A stretch of 64,000 nucleotides of DNA, taken from NCBI GenBank assembly GCA_030704615.1, contig CM060731.1, positions 10,664,001 to 10,728,000 on the forward strand. The letters run 5' to 3'. The translations under genes and the position numbers were made by a program. Within the stretch, counting starts at the first letter, position 1, and every line of letters begins with the position of its first letter. Under the pieces are notes generated by a model that was not told where the DNA came from, made no database searches, and saw nothing but the letters and a program-made list of their open reading frames with translations. The DNA is from Takakia lepidozioides (taxonomy: Eukaryota > Plantae > Bryophyta). This document shows positions 43,670 through 57,039 of this stretch, piece by piece.

Positions 43670-44103
43670 GGCCATCGCCTGCAGAAGCCCTTTGGCAATC
43701 TCACAACCTTTACCGAATATATCACGTGTACCGGATTCTAAAATTGCATATTACTTGGATCAAGCGTCTGAACATAATCTTCTCTTTGACTTTTCATGAA
43801 GTGACTTAAAGCAGAACGAGACTCGGACTGAAATAACTTCCAAAGCAGCTAGACAGGCGACTACTGATCTGATGGCTGAAAGAAGCTCTTGAGCACCTTG
43901 GTCTCACTTTGGCTCCACAGTTCGCTTATGAAGAAGAGGAACGGTAAATCTGGGTTTATTGCGTAGCTGTTCAACACAAGATGCCAACTTTCTTTGCTCC
44001 TCGAATCTTTCAGATCAGATGGGCCATCACAACTCTTGGAAAGATCGTTGGCGGCGATGCTGATCCGGATCAGTAGAGTGCAACGGAAATAAGAAGAGGT
44101 CGA

Positions 44104-47100
44104 TATTGAAAACACTGACTTGGGACATACTTGAGTTAGTCAAGAGATGCTAGAAGATCTTTACTCATAACTAAGTCACAAATCTAGCAAGCCTCATGCG
44201 CTCTACATGGAATTGAGATACAACTACCCTGCAGGGTGTGACACTAAATATGCAACGAGTATGCAACCCTCAACACAGAAGAATGATTGAGTAACGGCAT
44301 ACTAGAGGGAAAAGAAGAGATCGGTGTTTAGCTATGAGTAAGTGTAGATCATAGCGATGGAGATCGTGGGAGACAGTGCTAACTAATGAGTAGGGCCGAT
44401 CTGCAGTATTTTGAAGTACATATCCTACGGTCCTACGTGCACACTAGCCACCGTAACTAGATACTTTCTACACTCCCACTCAGTGTTGTCTGCGGACAAA
44501 ACGAGTTGTAAAGTCTAGATGCTAGAAAGTGATCAACCTCCCACTGCTTCCGCTGCGGGCAAGATAGTCAGGCCAAGTAGCATGCAAAGTTTCTGAAATC
44601 GATCAGCAGGGAACGCTTTAGTGAATAAATCTGCGAGTTGCTATGTAGTAGCAACGTAAAGAACATTGATGGTACCAAGAAGCTGATGCTCTATGATGAA
44701 ATGGTACTGGACGTCAATATGCTTTGTCCTCCTATGGAATTCAGGATTATGCACGAGGCGAATGGAACTTTGATTGTCGCTGAAGAGTTTGGTTGGTTGC
44801 TGTTGATGAAATCCAAGGTTGGTCAAGAACTAACGTAACCAAACTACTTCCTTCGTTGCCATGCTCGCAGCCACATATTCAGCCTCCGTAGTGGAGCTAG
44901 CAACACAGGCTTGTTTGCGACTACACCAAATGATAGGACCTTGGTTCAGAAGTATGACACAACCACTTCTTGATTTGCGATCTGTAACATCCCCGCGTAA
45001 TCAGCATCCGCATAAGCCTGTATGAGATTTGTGCCAGTCTTCCCATCATAGCATAAAGCCAACTTAATAGTGCTAGACAGATATCTGAAAATCCGTTTGA
45101 TTGCAAGGTAGTGGGACCTTCGTGGTTTGGAGGAGAACTTGGCCACTTTGTTAACTGCATAAGTTATGTCCGGACGGCTACCCATTTGAGCAAATTGCAA
45201 ACTCCCAACTGCTTCTGCATAGGGGAAAGATGGGTCTGAGTCCTCAAGAATATCTGAGGTGTCATCAAGCCGAATGTTTGGGTCCGTTGGAGTGGCGATA
45301 GGAGTGCAATGGTCAAAGCCAAATCGTTTCAGAATTCTCTTGACGTAGAGGGATTGATCAATCCATAAGAGCTTGTGGGCACGATCTCTGATGATGTGCA
45401 GACCCACGTAGATATCAGCACCAGATGTAGAAACTTGAAATTCCCGTTCCATGTGTGATATCATACCATGGAGCTTGTCTGACTGTCTGACTGTATGCAA
45501 CATCCCAAGCCATCATCAACAAAAAGCGTTGTAATGAGGAGGGGTGGGTGCCTAGTGGAGTAGACACAAGGATCGGCCTCCGTGGGGTGCAAATCATATG
45601 AAATGAGGAAGTCGTGAAATTTCTGGTTCCATACCCTCGACGATTGCTTCAGCCCGTAGAGGCTCTTCCGTAGATGACAAACCTTGCCTTCTTCTCCAGG
45701 TGCAATAAAGCCTTCGGGCTGCAGCATGTATATATCTTCCTCTAGCTCCCCGTATAGAAAAGCCATTTTGATGTCAAACTGCACGAAATGCATATCCTGT
45801 TGAGCAGCAATGGAGAGCACGGCGCGTATGGACTCGTACTTGACAACTGGAGAAAATGTTTGCTCATAATCAACACCATACTATTGACTGTATCCCTTAG
45901 CCACAACCCTAGCCTTGTACTTAGCAATTTCTCCCGTAGAGGTTGTCTTGATTCTATATACCCACTTACAGGGAATAACTTTGCGACCAGGTGGTAAGTC
46001 TGTCAAAACCCACGTCTTATTTGTGATCAAGGAGTGAAACTCTTCGCTCATTGCCTTTTTCCACTCGTGTGAGAGAGAGCAGCTCATAGCTTCTGTAAAG
46101 GTGTGAGGTTCCTATGGTATGTCATCGCTCTCTACAATACCTGCAAAAGAGCTCACATAGAAGTCTTGGAGTTTCTGAGGTGGTCCTCGAAGCCTATGTG
46201 GCCTTGCAGTGTGTTGCTCAATTGGATGCTCAATAGAATGGTCAACATCAGCTTGTTGATTAGGAGGATCTTGCTCGCCTGTAGCAAAAACATGTGCAAT
46301 ATCTTGAGCAAGTAGATCATCTTGTTGTTCAGTTATAGCAGCAACCTGAGCAAGTGAACTAGGCTCGTGCGCTACATTACCGGTGTGCAGGTCGATAAAT
46401 GTAGGCTGGGGTACAACGTCAAAGAATGGGGCGCCCGACAATTCAGCTTTGTTCGTTGACTCCTGGGGTGATGAAAGTTCATCAAAAAGGATGTCACGGC
46501 TAATCACGATTCGCCGTCTCTTAACGTCCCAGAGACGGTAGGCCTTTGAGTGCAAGCAGTATCCAACAAAAACAGTCTTCAGGCTCTTAGAATCAAGCTT
46601 CTTTCTCTGTTCTTTGGGGATATGCATATATGCAGTACTTCCAAAAACGCGCAGGTGATCAACTGTTGGTTTTTGACCGGTCCATAATTCATATGGAGTA
46701 ACGCCGTTGTGCACTCTCGATCGTGAGCGATTGAGCACATAAGCTGCGGTCTGGGCTGCCTCCCCCCAATACTGCAAGCTTAGTCTTTTGGCATGAAGCA
46801 TGCTTCGCATGGACTCAACCAGAGTTCTATTTTCCCCTCAGCTCTTCCATTTTGCTCCGGGGAGTATGGGGCTGTTGTCTCATGGCAAATTCCAACATCG
46901 TTCAAATATTTGGAGAATGCATTGCTCAAATATTCCCCACCTCGATCACTGCGGAGCTTGGTAATTTGATTTCCTGTCTCTCTCATAACTGTTGTTTCAA
47001 GTCGCTTGAAGACATCAAACACTTCGGATTTGTTGCGGATGCAATAAACAAATCGGTACCCAGAAAAATCGTCCTTAAAAAGGACAAAATACTGGGCCCC

Positions 47101-47587
47101 TCCAAATGAGTTGACACTCATGGGCCCGCACACATCAGTGTCCAGGAACGTGAATGAGTGTAGTAACAAAAGAAACAAGTCTGCCTATGGAAGTAAGGTC
47201 CGTGGGCCCATAACCTATTGAAAACACTGATTTGGGACAGACTTGAGTTAGTCAAGAGATGCTAGAAGATCTTTACTCATAACTAAGTCACAAATCTAGC
47301 AAGCCTCATGCGCTCTGCATGGAATTGAGATACAACTACCCTGCAGGGTGTGACACTAAATATACAACGAGTATGCAACCCTCAACACCAAATGATTGTA
47401 ACGACATACTAGAGGGAAAAGAAGAGATGGGTGTTTAGCTATGAGTAAGTGTAGATCGTAGCGATGAGTAACTAGAGATCGTGGGAGAGAGTGCTAACTA
47501 ATGAGTAGGGCCGATCTGCAGTATTTTGAAGTACATATCCTACGGTCCTACGTGCACACTAGCCACCGTAACTAGATACTTTCTACA
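44104..47587 (-). mobile_element. Internally deleted Ty1/copia element (gag, protease and integrase N-terminus missing), TSD GTCGA
   Basis: LTRs at 44104-44472 and 47216-47587; TSDs at 44099-44103 and 47588-47592. PBS GGTTATGGGCCCAC; PPT GAGTGGGAG. IN (LRSDRGGEY), RT (KARVVAKG, SLYGLKQ, FVDD) and RNase H (YADADYAG, TKHID) in copia order. Confidence 0.96.
47202..47215 (-). promoter_or_regulatory. Half-molecule tRNAi-Met primer-binding site
   Basis: GGTTATGGGCCCAC abuts the 5' LTR and is complementary to the anticodon arm GTGGGCCCATAACC of initiator tRNA-Met. Confidence 0.9.
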
Positions 47588-48990
47588 GTCGATGGGCACG
47601 AACGCGTAACAGATTATCAAGATATAATGTACCGGATCTGGTGAGCCAGTACTTGAGGATTCTGTTTTCTACATTTGGATCTCGATTGATTGACCACAAT
47701 AACGTCGCAGTTCAAACTCGAAGTGACACACACATAACACAGTAGCAGATGAATGTGTGACAAGCTTCGGTTGCAAAGCAAATAAATTACACCCCAAGTT
47801 CTGGAGTATCTTGTACATGGAAGCTGTAGACTTAAAGTCTAGATACTTAGATACTGTGCTAAATTCCCGATAATACCGGCACTGTTAGTATATACGGCTA
47901 ACTATCCATTGGACTAACTCGGCCTTCTGCAACAAGTGAACTCAAGATTACAGACAAACTTTTCTAGTTTATTGTAGAATAGAATATCACCAGCGTTTTA
48001 TTTTTCTTTTAAGAACTTGAGCCACATTGGCTCCTAGCTGGCCTGCGAGGAAGATCAATTGGGGACTCTATGTGGCATGTGATCTCAAACCGGTGGCTAC
48101 TGTCAAGAATGTTTGATGAGTTTTATGCGAACTCAATTCATGTAGTGTTCGGTTTGTGGGAGCGACAAGGGAAGTAATTTTTTCTAAGTAACAACGACAC
48201 TTGATTTTGCAAAGCCTAGCACAACTCTGTCACATGGGTACAATCCATTGACAAATATGACTAATCTTGTCCAAGATCAGCAACTCTACTCAAAGCCTCA
48301 TATACCACTGCAAGAGGCGGTGCAAGTCTACTTAAATGGAGGTGCATGACACGGATACTAGGCGGGTAAGCGAAATCTAATTGAGAGTTCCCTCCATAGC
48401 TTGACCCCTTGGCGAAAGCAGGAAGACTTTGAACCCAAGGCTTTGCTCCTTGCGCTGGCAGGGTGGTAGGTTTTTAGAATTCGAAAGGCAAGATCATGTG
48501 GATCTAACGAACCCAAATGGCATGTGGCGACGTCCTCATTGGCGACATGATGGCATTAGGGAGGACAGTAATGCGAAATAGTGCCATATTTTAACCCATA
48601 ATTCTTTTGTAAATTTCGTGAGGCCAATTTCTGGATCGAAAAGTGGCTAAATTTTGCGTAAAAAAAAACTCTGAATATCACTGACATATAAAAAAAATTA
48701 GTCAGGGTTTAAGTTAGTAGTGGCAATGGAGAAGAACACCTTGTGATCTCACGCACAAAATTCCCTTACCACACACCCACTTTTAGGGTAGCAGGCAAGG
48801 TGCCACTGTCACTTCTGGGACAGTGATCACACAGGGTTTTACCCAAGTGCCAGGAGCTACACTAACAGAGGCTACCTTCCCTGGCATCACACCAGTGACC
48901 ACGCCCCCAAGAAGTTCCTCCGCTAATGGAACCCCTCGAAAAATCTGCTGGTAGAGTAGCAGGAAAATCAGAGTCTTGGAGTCATTTTTT

Positions 48991-50430
48991 CTAGACTCTC
49001 TTTCCTCCTTTCTTTCCAAAAATCTCGTTCAGTATGCCAGATCCCGATGTCAGAAAACAACGCAGCAGCTGCAAGACCTGTGAGCCACCGACCCAAGCTC
49101 AATTCAGCTCACAAAGAACCACCATTAGACAGTGAAGCGGCATTCCTATCGAAGGCGTGACAATGTTAGCATTATCTATCACTTGATTAAGTCTCGATTA
49201 AGTCCAAAATAATGCTGCCGGGGCCCGGAGCTTGTATAAATTCCTGTGATCATGCATTTACCAAAAGATCATGTTGATCACTGTAGTCTGGACTTCACCA
49301 ACCCCAATTCCCTTGGTGCCCAATTGATATAAGATACAATCCGACATGCCGCAAGATAAACAGGTCATTGTGGTTATTCAAGTCCCATTCAAGCGCATGG
49401 ATACAGTGACAGTTATGTTCACTTAAACTTATTAAGAATATTGCACCAATCTTTGAAACATAACAGTGCACATACTAGCTGTCTTCAGGAACATCGACAA
49501 CCGTTACCGTATAATTAGATATACTCAACTTCGGAAAGATCAGTGATTCGAGCTGGATCAGGAGGCAAGAAGTCAAGAGTACATAAAGTATTATTAACCT
49601 CGATATGGCCCACGAACGTCTGGACGCTCTCAAAATCTGCGCATTTATCCACCTTCAGCTTACACAGCAGGTTGATTGTTTCAGCTGCTGTTGTAGGTGT
49701 GATTTTCAGGTCGTCAGTGATTACGTATGTTGCCTTATCCTTGATAAAGCCACCATGATCCATCCCTCTAGTATAAACACTGTCGAATTTCTTGAAGCCA
49801 ATGCCTCCTGTTCTTTGTAGAAGTTTTGACAGAGGGGCACCAGTTAACGTTACTACTGCGTCGAGAAGTATCTCCTTGCAGGAAACATTCTGAAGATCCG
49901 AATAATCAAGCTTCATAACGCTCTCAAATAGATCAGACGCGGCTCCCATCGACTTCAAGTGTCCACCTAGATTTGAATCGCAACTTCAACTAGTTAGTTA
50001 CGAGGGAACACGGGTTGTTCAATGGAGACTCATATCCTTAGACTTGTTCGTGAGAGAAATGGGACCTGTCTAAGATGGTACTACCGCTTTCGTCAAATCA
50101 TCGCTACAAGGAGCCTCCTAGATCAGGTAATTCGATGTCACTAGTTGCAATATGCACATGAAGCGCCAGTGATATGGCTGTTCATGAAAGAAATCTTCCT
50201 GACCTACTCTTTCAGAGGGTTAATGCGCCCTTTATGCGGCCGGTGTTGTAGCACCGTGACACCTGATATTTCGAGTTCTTACCTTTATGTAACAGCCTGA
50301 TGAAGGCGCCTGTTGGCAAAGTAAAAAAACTGAGGAGAGGATCGACGATTTCTTTGCCAGCTTCCATGCACAAGACACGACCGTTGATTTTGCTTCTGAT
50401 CAGCATCGCTGGGGCCCCGGTTTCCTGCAT
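48991..50430 (-). CDS. DUF674 family copy C, intact, ~200 aa, no Cys module. Exons: 50430-50283, 49966-49599, 49077-48991
   Basis: RVLCMEAGKEIVDPLLSFFTLPTG, GFIKDKATYVITDDLKITPT and VLQLLRCFLTSGSGILNEIF. The position of copy B's ATG is GTG here (50442). Confidence 0.85.
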
Positions 50431-51849
50431 TGCGCCTGCCACATCAATGCACGCAGACCCCTTTTGGCAATCTCAAACCGTTCAGCAAATTCTACACGTA
50501 CCCCAACTGTCGATCTCTACTTAATAACAATCACGCGGTTGAGGATAACCTTCTCTTGAATTTTTATACACTGACTCACAGATTACGAGACTATAACTAA
50601 CAAAGCAGCTAGACAGGCGACTCTTATATATTAGCTGTCCATTGGCTACAACAGTAATGGCCAATCAAACATGGCGGCGATGCTGGTCCGGATCGAGATC
50701 GTGAGTTTGGGGTCGGCTTTTACGAGTTAGGCAGGGTGGAGCTGATGGATTCCAACGTGATTGTAGGTTGCAGCCTTTAGGTTTTATAATTGACGAGTTC
50801 TTGCAGTCCTTTTGTAGCCCGTAAAGCTCCTCAAGAGTTGCGTACTTATACAGCTTACGAGATCGCAGGTACGCAGCAATACAGAAGGTGCTGATGAATC
50901 TCCCTGGTAGTTTACTTCAGCTTGCTGTAGAAAATTGCAGATCAGTAGAAGGCAACGGAAATAAAGACCCGTCATTGGGCCCGCAGTATGATATAGTACA
51001 GCTGCCTGGGACTACATGACAGATCCGGGAATCCTTCCATGTTAGGCGTAAAAGGTTGTACTACGACCTAGGATATGGCGCTGTTGGATAACTTGCGTGC
51101 ATGCAGAGAACAGTGCACCAACAGCTTTGATTTGTGTCCTTTTGTAACGAGGTATGGAAAACTCACATATTAGCAAGATATAATGTATCGGACAATAATT
51201 TTGGGGATATGATAACTCAGCCAGTACTTGAGGCTCTATTTACTACACTAATCGGATCTACACTGATTCACAACAACAACATCGCGGTGCAAGTACTGGA
51301 AGGAAAGAAGGGACTCATGCACATCCATAGGAAGAGCCAAGTTCTGGCATTGCAATATAGCTTACCTAAGCCTTACAAATCTGCTTCGTTCTCCCTTCAG
51401 CTAATTCTAACCCGCGACCAGGTCTTCGGCATGCAAACCTTGGAGCCATAGGCATGATTCACACGGAGATACGTCTTATTTCTTGGAGAGCGGTTCTGGG
51501 TTGCCATCCTGGCATAAGCAGGGGTCAAGCGCCATTGACCATTCGGCAGCTTACGCGATAAAGTGACGTCCAGGAAATTAGGTTTCTCAGTTGAGAACCT
51601 CCGCGGATTCCTGCAGATCCAGCATTTAAGGCTTAAGATATAATTTCAAAGATTTGATTGCTGGTGGAGATGGAAACATCATGCAAGGTGCACACTTGTC
51701 TTTCTTCTCCAGGTCCTCGTGGAACTGGTTGGATCGATCACACTGCATTGGTCTCTGTGGCTCTCTTACTTGATTCGTGAGCGATCTATGTCCTCCTGCA
51801 TGACGTGAGAGCATCCTGCAGCTCTCGCCGAAGCAGTTGCTGCCTATCT

Positions 51850-52516
51850 CTATATGATGACTCATGAGACGAAAACTGTGAAAAAATACTCTGGGCAAGC
51901 AGGTCCTGTACTTGGGAGCGCGATTTAAGCATTGTGTGAATTTCCTCGTCAGTTCTTTGACCCTGCCTACCGGGGCGATATTTAAGGTTCGTAAGGTATG
52001 GTTCCCGTGACAAGATCTACACCTTTGGCTAGATTCCGATTGAGTCATCAGTTACACATGTGACGTGTCTGTGGACTAATGTTTTTCGAGGTGGAGAGAC
52101 TCAAAGAATCAGCACGATGTGCCAATTTAGTCCATACTTCTTGATCCGAAGCCTGCCATTGGTTTTTCTCCAATTTAGCTGCGGATAGATTTTTGCATCC
52201 AAGCCAGCTACACACGAGATATATTATGGATGAAACTACGACTGTACAGGATGCAGATCAGTAGCCGCTAAGAACGATCCATGTTAATAACGCGGATAAC
52301 AAAGATATATAGCAGAAACGAGTAAGCTCGCTGCACCTACTTCAATGTCGAAGAGAGGGGTACGTGATGAAGAGCATGATCTACATCATCATGAAAGTTC
52401 TAGAAATCACGAGGAAATCACCCCATCTAGTACAATAACCTCTATTGTACTGCTCAACAAGCTGAAGGTGGAGACAATGGCTGAGCTTAGTTGTGAGACC
52501 CTTGGGTGGGTCGAGG
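51850..52516 (+). pseudogene. DUF674 family copy D (degraded paralogue of copy A)
   Basis: GKQVLYL, LTLPTGAIFKV and ITPSSTITSIVLLNKLKVETMAEL with many indels. Truncated at the exon-2 donor by an LTR. Confidence 0.8.
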
Positions 52517-52517
52517 T

Positions 52518-52900
52518 TATTGGAGAATGCCATGTCAGCCCTGTGAAACTCAAGGTAGGTGGAACTAGCTGTGGAGACATGGAATTATTAGCTAGCCTAA
52601 GGGCTGTAGTGCTGGCCAGCTATCTCTCTCTCACTCAGTTGTGTGTGTAAGGTTGCTCCTTCGTAGTTATGGTAGCACTACCTGTCCGTGTGTGTCTGAG
52701 AGATATGCTTTGTACCTAGCCTGGTTTGGTGCAGAGTTGTAACTCAGCATATCTATGGTATAATATATGTATTCTGGTTGCTTGCAAAGCGGTGGTGAAG
52801 TGTGTATAAAGCAGTCTAGCTACTTGTGTGAGCAGAGTGATAAAGATCAGTCTAGTTTATCTTGTAACACAGTGGATATCATCCATAGGTTATGGGCCCG
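52518..52900 (+). mobile_element. Ty1/copia 5' LTR and PBS remnant (different family from 44104-47587)
   Basis: ~370-bp segment ending ...ATCCATA, immediately followed by GGTTATGGGCCC (52888-52899). Confidence 0.6.
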
Positions 52901-54536
52901 TTCATGTATTCAAGTATCCCCTTCAAGTATAGGGGAAGTCACTGGCCCGAAGTACTTCCGCCTTTTGAGGTGTGCGAACGAGGCTGTGATATGACATGAA
53001 ATGGTGCTTTATAACGTCTGCGGAAAGCCCATATAGAAAGTACAGGGTAGAAAGTACAGGGAAAGGGAAAGCGACGTGACGTGACGCTGAAACGTGACGT
53101 GAGTCGTGACGTCACTCATAATACGTGACGTGACGTTGCCTTGTGAGTTTAAGCACACAAGGGACGAAAACTACCTTTGTCTGGGGCTGACGCCGGTAGT
53201 ATTACTTACCTTGAAACGTGCAATTGAACCGAGTTTTCCAGATATCCTCTACAAACATCCATCTGATGTGCTTGAATTGCCCAATAACGAGACCACAAAA
53301 AGGGCCTGGGCTTTTGGCTCAGCAACGACATCTTCAATACAGTTACAATAACTTACCCTTGATGGAATTGAAGATGTCGTCTCTCTTGTGACTCGTGAGA
53401 GTACCCAGAGAAAGCTCATAGAGACCAAAATTAAAAAAGTGCACACCGATTTATTATAATTATTTATCATTTTGCCCCAGACCAGACATTTGAAATAGTG
53501 ACAGTTACTAAGGAATGACCATACGACACTATACAAAAATTATTTGTGGGGCATTGCAAGGAGTTAAGCATTTTTTGTTGATGTAGGTGGAGATGATCCG
53601 GGGATTACTACGCAAAGAAAGGGAGGAGATCTAGACTGAGGGGAGGAGGAAGGCAAGAGAAGGGGGAAAAAGAAACAAAGGAAAACTTTTCCCTTCAATT
53701 TGGTGAGATCCGCCCCTACTGGCAAGGGAGAGAGACAAATATTGCAAGCGTCTATCTCAATCTTGTCCTGTACCACTGGTTTACTCTATATCAAAACTGT
53801 ACTGTGCACAGTACTATTCCACCACAACTATTTTAATTTATATTCTGAATTTTTGTTACAATCTGCAGGGTATGGATGAATGCAGGTCAGATAGAGAAAT
53901 CTTTGCATGAATATGATGCATTTTAGGGATTATCCCATCCTTACTGATCAGCTACAAGTGGGTTAGAAACGTTAGAAACTGAGCACAGTATAACCGAAAA
54001 GATGCAGCTCAGAGTGACCTATCGCTAACTTGAGTTAGTCCTCTGGGCACCTGTTAAATGGCAACTTGGGAGACCAATACTGTGAGTCACCATTTTGCTG
54101 AGCATGAATTGAAAATCACATCAACAAGTAGAATAAAACTAAACTAAGTACTGTACTGCTCGGCTCATGGACGTGGCAAGGATCAGGAATCTCGAAATTA
54201 GCAGCGAGACCCTCGTTGGCGCAGCTGAAGTTTTTGTACGGAGGTTGCTCTGCTGACTGCTGAGTTCAGCTAGCAATGCCTATATGTAGCTAGAGTCAAA
54301 AGAGCAAGTGCTACAGTGTCCTCCTTTTCTCATTTGCTAGTAGTGATTTTGATCAGATGTCGTCTAGTGAAGTATTGTGTAAATTTCAACTTGCCAATTT
54401 CCCCAGGTGGTCAGTCAATATCTCAGCATCCGGCCTTGGCACTGTTCATTTTGGATAAGCGTTAATGCCACACACGTACACGTACACATCCGTTGAAAAA
54501 AACTTCGAAGTTCGGAGGCTGCAGGGCTGCACTGAT

Positions 54537-56306
54537 TTAGTTTTTCCCAAAAACATCGTTGAGTGCAGACATCGATGTCAGACTACTTCGCAACAGCTGC
54601 AAGACCTGTAGGAAAGGGACGACCCCATGATCAGTGCAGATCGAATCAGACGAACGTGGGAAGATAGAGGCAACACGACTTGGGACAGATGAGGGACAGT
54701 TCTGAGCTTCAGTGTACTAGAAACTATGACTGCACGCATGGATACATCAGGTGATTTGCTCAAAATTTCTCATAATGCTGTAAGGAGATAGTATTATACC
54801 TCATTAGGCCCGACAACTGTCTCAAAGCTTTCGAGATCTTGCATATTTCCCACGTTCAGCTTATTCAGTAGCACAATGCTTCTGATTGTTGACGTTGGTG
54901 TGATTACAAGGTCATCTGTGATCATGTAAGTTGTATTATCTACGATATATCCTCTCTTTACTGAAGTTTGCGATTCGGAAGCTGATCCAGAGAGGTCACC
55001 CGGGGCCAAAATTTTGATCTCAACATCCATTTTCCGTCTACAGGACGGGCAAAGTTGACCACGTTTCATCGTCACATCCAAGCAAACATTCAAGTTATCG
55101 TCTGCACTATTTTTGTCAGAGTCGGACTCATCTTCTGCTCTGTTGTCAGAGTTGGACTCATCCGTACTGGAGTGGCAGGTTTGTCGACATTTGTAGTAGG
55201 TAAGTTCCGAGTGCGTACTTCCTGCGATTCGCGCTTTCTTGCAGGGAACCGGCGCCCTCTTCGATCTCAATCCACTGGAGTCAGGGGCCACTAAAGTGAT
55301 CGGAACATCCATCGGGGAAAGTTTACAGGTCGGGCAAAGTTGACCACACGTAGTCGTCACGTAAGTAAGGGGGTTTGCGCTACATTTGTAGTGGGTAACT
55401 GCGTGACCACATCCTTCGATTTGCAGAAGATCGGAGTGAGAAAATCCACTTGACGGTTTGGGGTTCATAAGTACCTTCTTGTCAACATACAGAGCCGAAC
55501 TATCAAGTTTCACAACGCTCTCGAAGACATTCGATATGGCTCCCACAGCTTTCAAATGGGCACCTACAAATGTTGCAGAAATCATGCAGAAATTTGAGAT
55601 ATTTTTCTAGACAAAGGATTCGAACTACAACAAACTTCCACTAACAGGTTTAAATTATAACAGGCTGAGCCTCCATCCTGTTGATCAAACTTTGAACCGG
55701 TCCTGTAGGCTGTGCCAGCTGCTACTAGAGGTGGAAGGAAGGGGGCCTGGAGGGGGATGAAGAAAGTCAAGGAGCACTGATCTTTCATGCAAAAGAATAG
55801 AGAGTAAGTCATGTACGCTTTCATTAACGAACTACTCCGATGAGCTGTTAGGATCATGGTAACCTATCACCCCAAATGTACTCTATCAAAAACAAGGCCT
55901 GAAAGCTCGATGCCTGCTAAGTCCCGTCCCATGATCCTAAAGTTCCAACTCATTCTCGATATCATTACTGAGCCTCATCTCAGGCCGTCATGAAATGCGA
56001 CGTGCATCAATGGTGGGCACTAGTCTTAGAGGGCTGTTGAATGGTGACCTATCATACATCTATAAATTTGAGCAGACGAGCTAAAAATGAAAGTGTTCAT
56101 GATAACAGCAGTCTACTGGTGAACAGTCATACAACCTTACCTTCAGAAAGCATTCTGATGATAGAACCTGTTGGGAGAGTCAAGAAACTCAACAGAATGT
56201 CCACAAAATCTTTGCCAGCCTCCATGTATAGGACACGTCCGGTGGCTTTGCTCCTTAAGAGCGTAACTGGAATACTTGGCCGGCTGATCCCTGATGAACC
56301 GGCCAT
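54537..56306 (-). CDS. DUF674 family copy E, intact, ~332 aa, two Cys modules. Exons: 56306-56141, 55563-54800, 54605-54537
   Basis: GRVLYMEAGKDFVDILLSFLTLPTG, GYIVDNTTYMITDDLVITPTS and VLQLLRSSLTSMSALNDVF. Exon lengths sum to 999 nt. Confidence 0.9.
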
Positions 56307-56569
56307 GCTGAGTTCTGGACGCGTTAGCCCTTTGCATACACTACAAATCCAGATCTGCAGTGAAGTTCTTTTAGATGGCCCTTCACTAAGAGTTCTGAAT
56401 ACACCTCAAAAACAGCTTGGCACCTTAAGAAGAAGTCGGAGATGACATTAAAAAGAGGAAAATTGGATGGAGGCTCAATGGGCGACCGGTGATAATATCG
56501 CACATTGGGGTATCCAATCTTACCGATGAGATCCCCGTACTGCACTCATCATGCACGTTACTATAGACT

Positions 56570-56645
56570 TGCTAGATTCGGGAAGCTGAGAAGCTCGACG
56601 ATTTCTTCTCCAGCTTCCATGCGCACTGCATGACGCCCATTGAAT
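56570..56645 (-). pseudogene. DUF674 exon-1 fragment
   Basis: NGRHAVRMEAGEEIVELLSF. Confidence 0.6.
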
Positions 56646-57039
56646 GCATGTAAATAATGCCTTGTTAAATTATACTTGGAAGAAACAATGAATGCTATCC
56701 TTTCAATATATTTTTCTGGTGAATGCTCTTGAATCAATCTGCATGGGAGGATCATAAAATACAGTTTTGATGCAGTGAAACTCGGCTTATCGTCTATAGG
56801 TATTACTCAAATGCACAAATTGAATGCTTGCAAATGATGTATAGAATGTTATCGGTAAATTCAAGGCGTAGCCTGCGCATCTACTGTCATTCCTCCAGCA
56901 ATGGAGTCCTCCTCCTCCCTGGCCGTCTTCAGATTTAAAGGAAAAAAAAATCCATGTCGCCTCGCCCCGTGGCCTGGCGCTGCAGAACGCACGCGCGCGC
57001 TAGCCCCACGAGCCACATTACACACTAGCGGGTAGGCGC

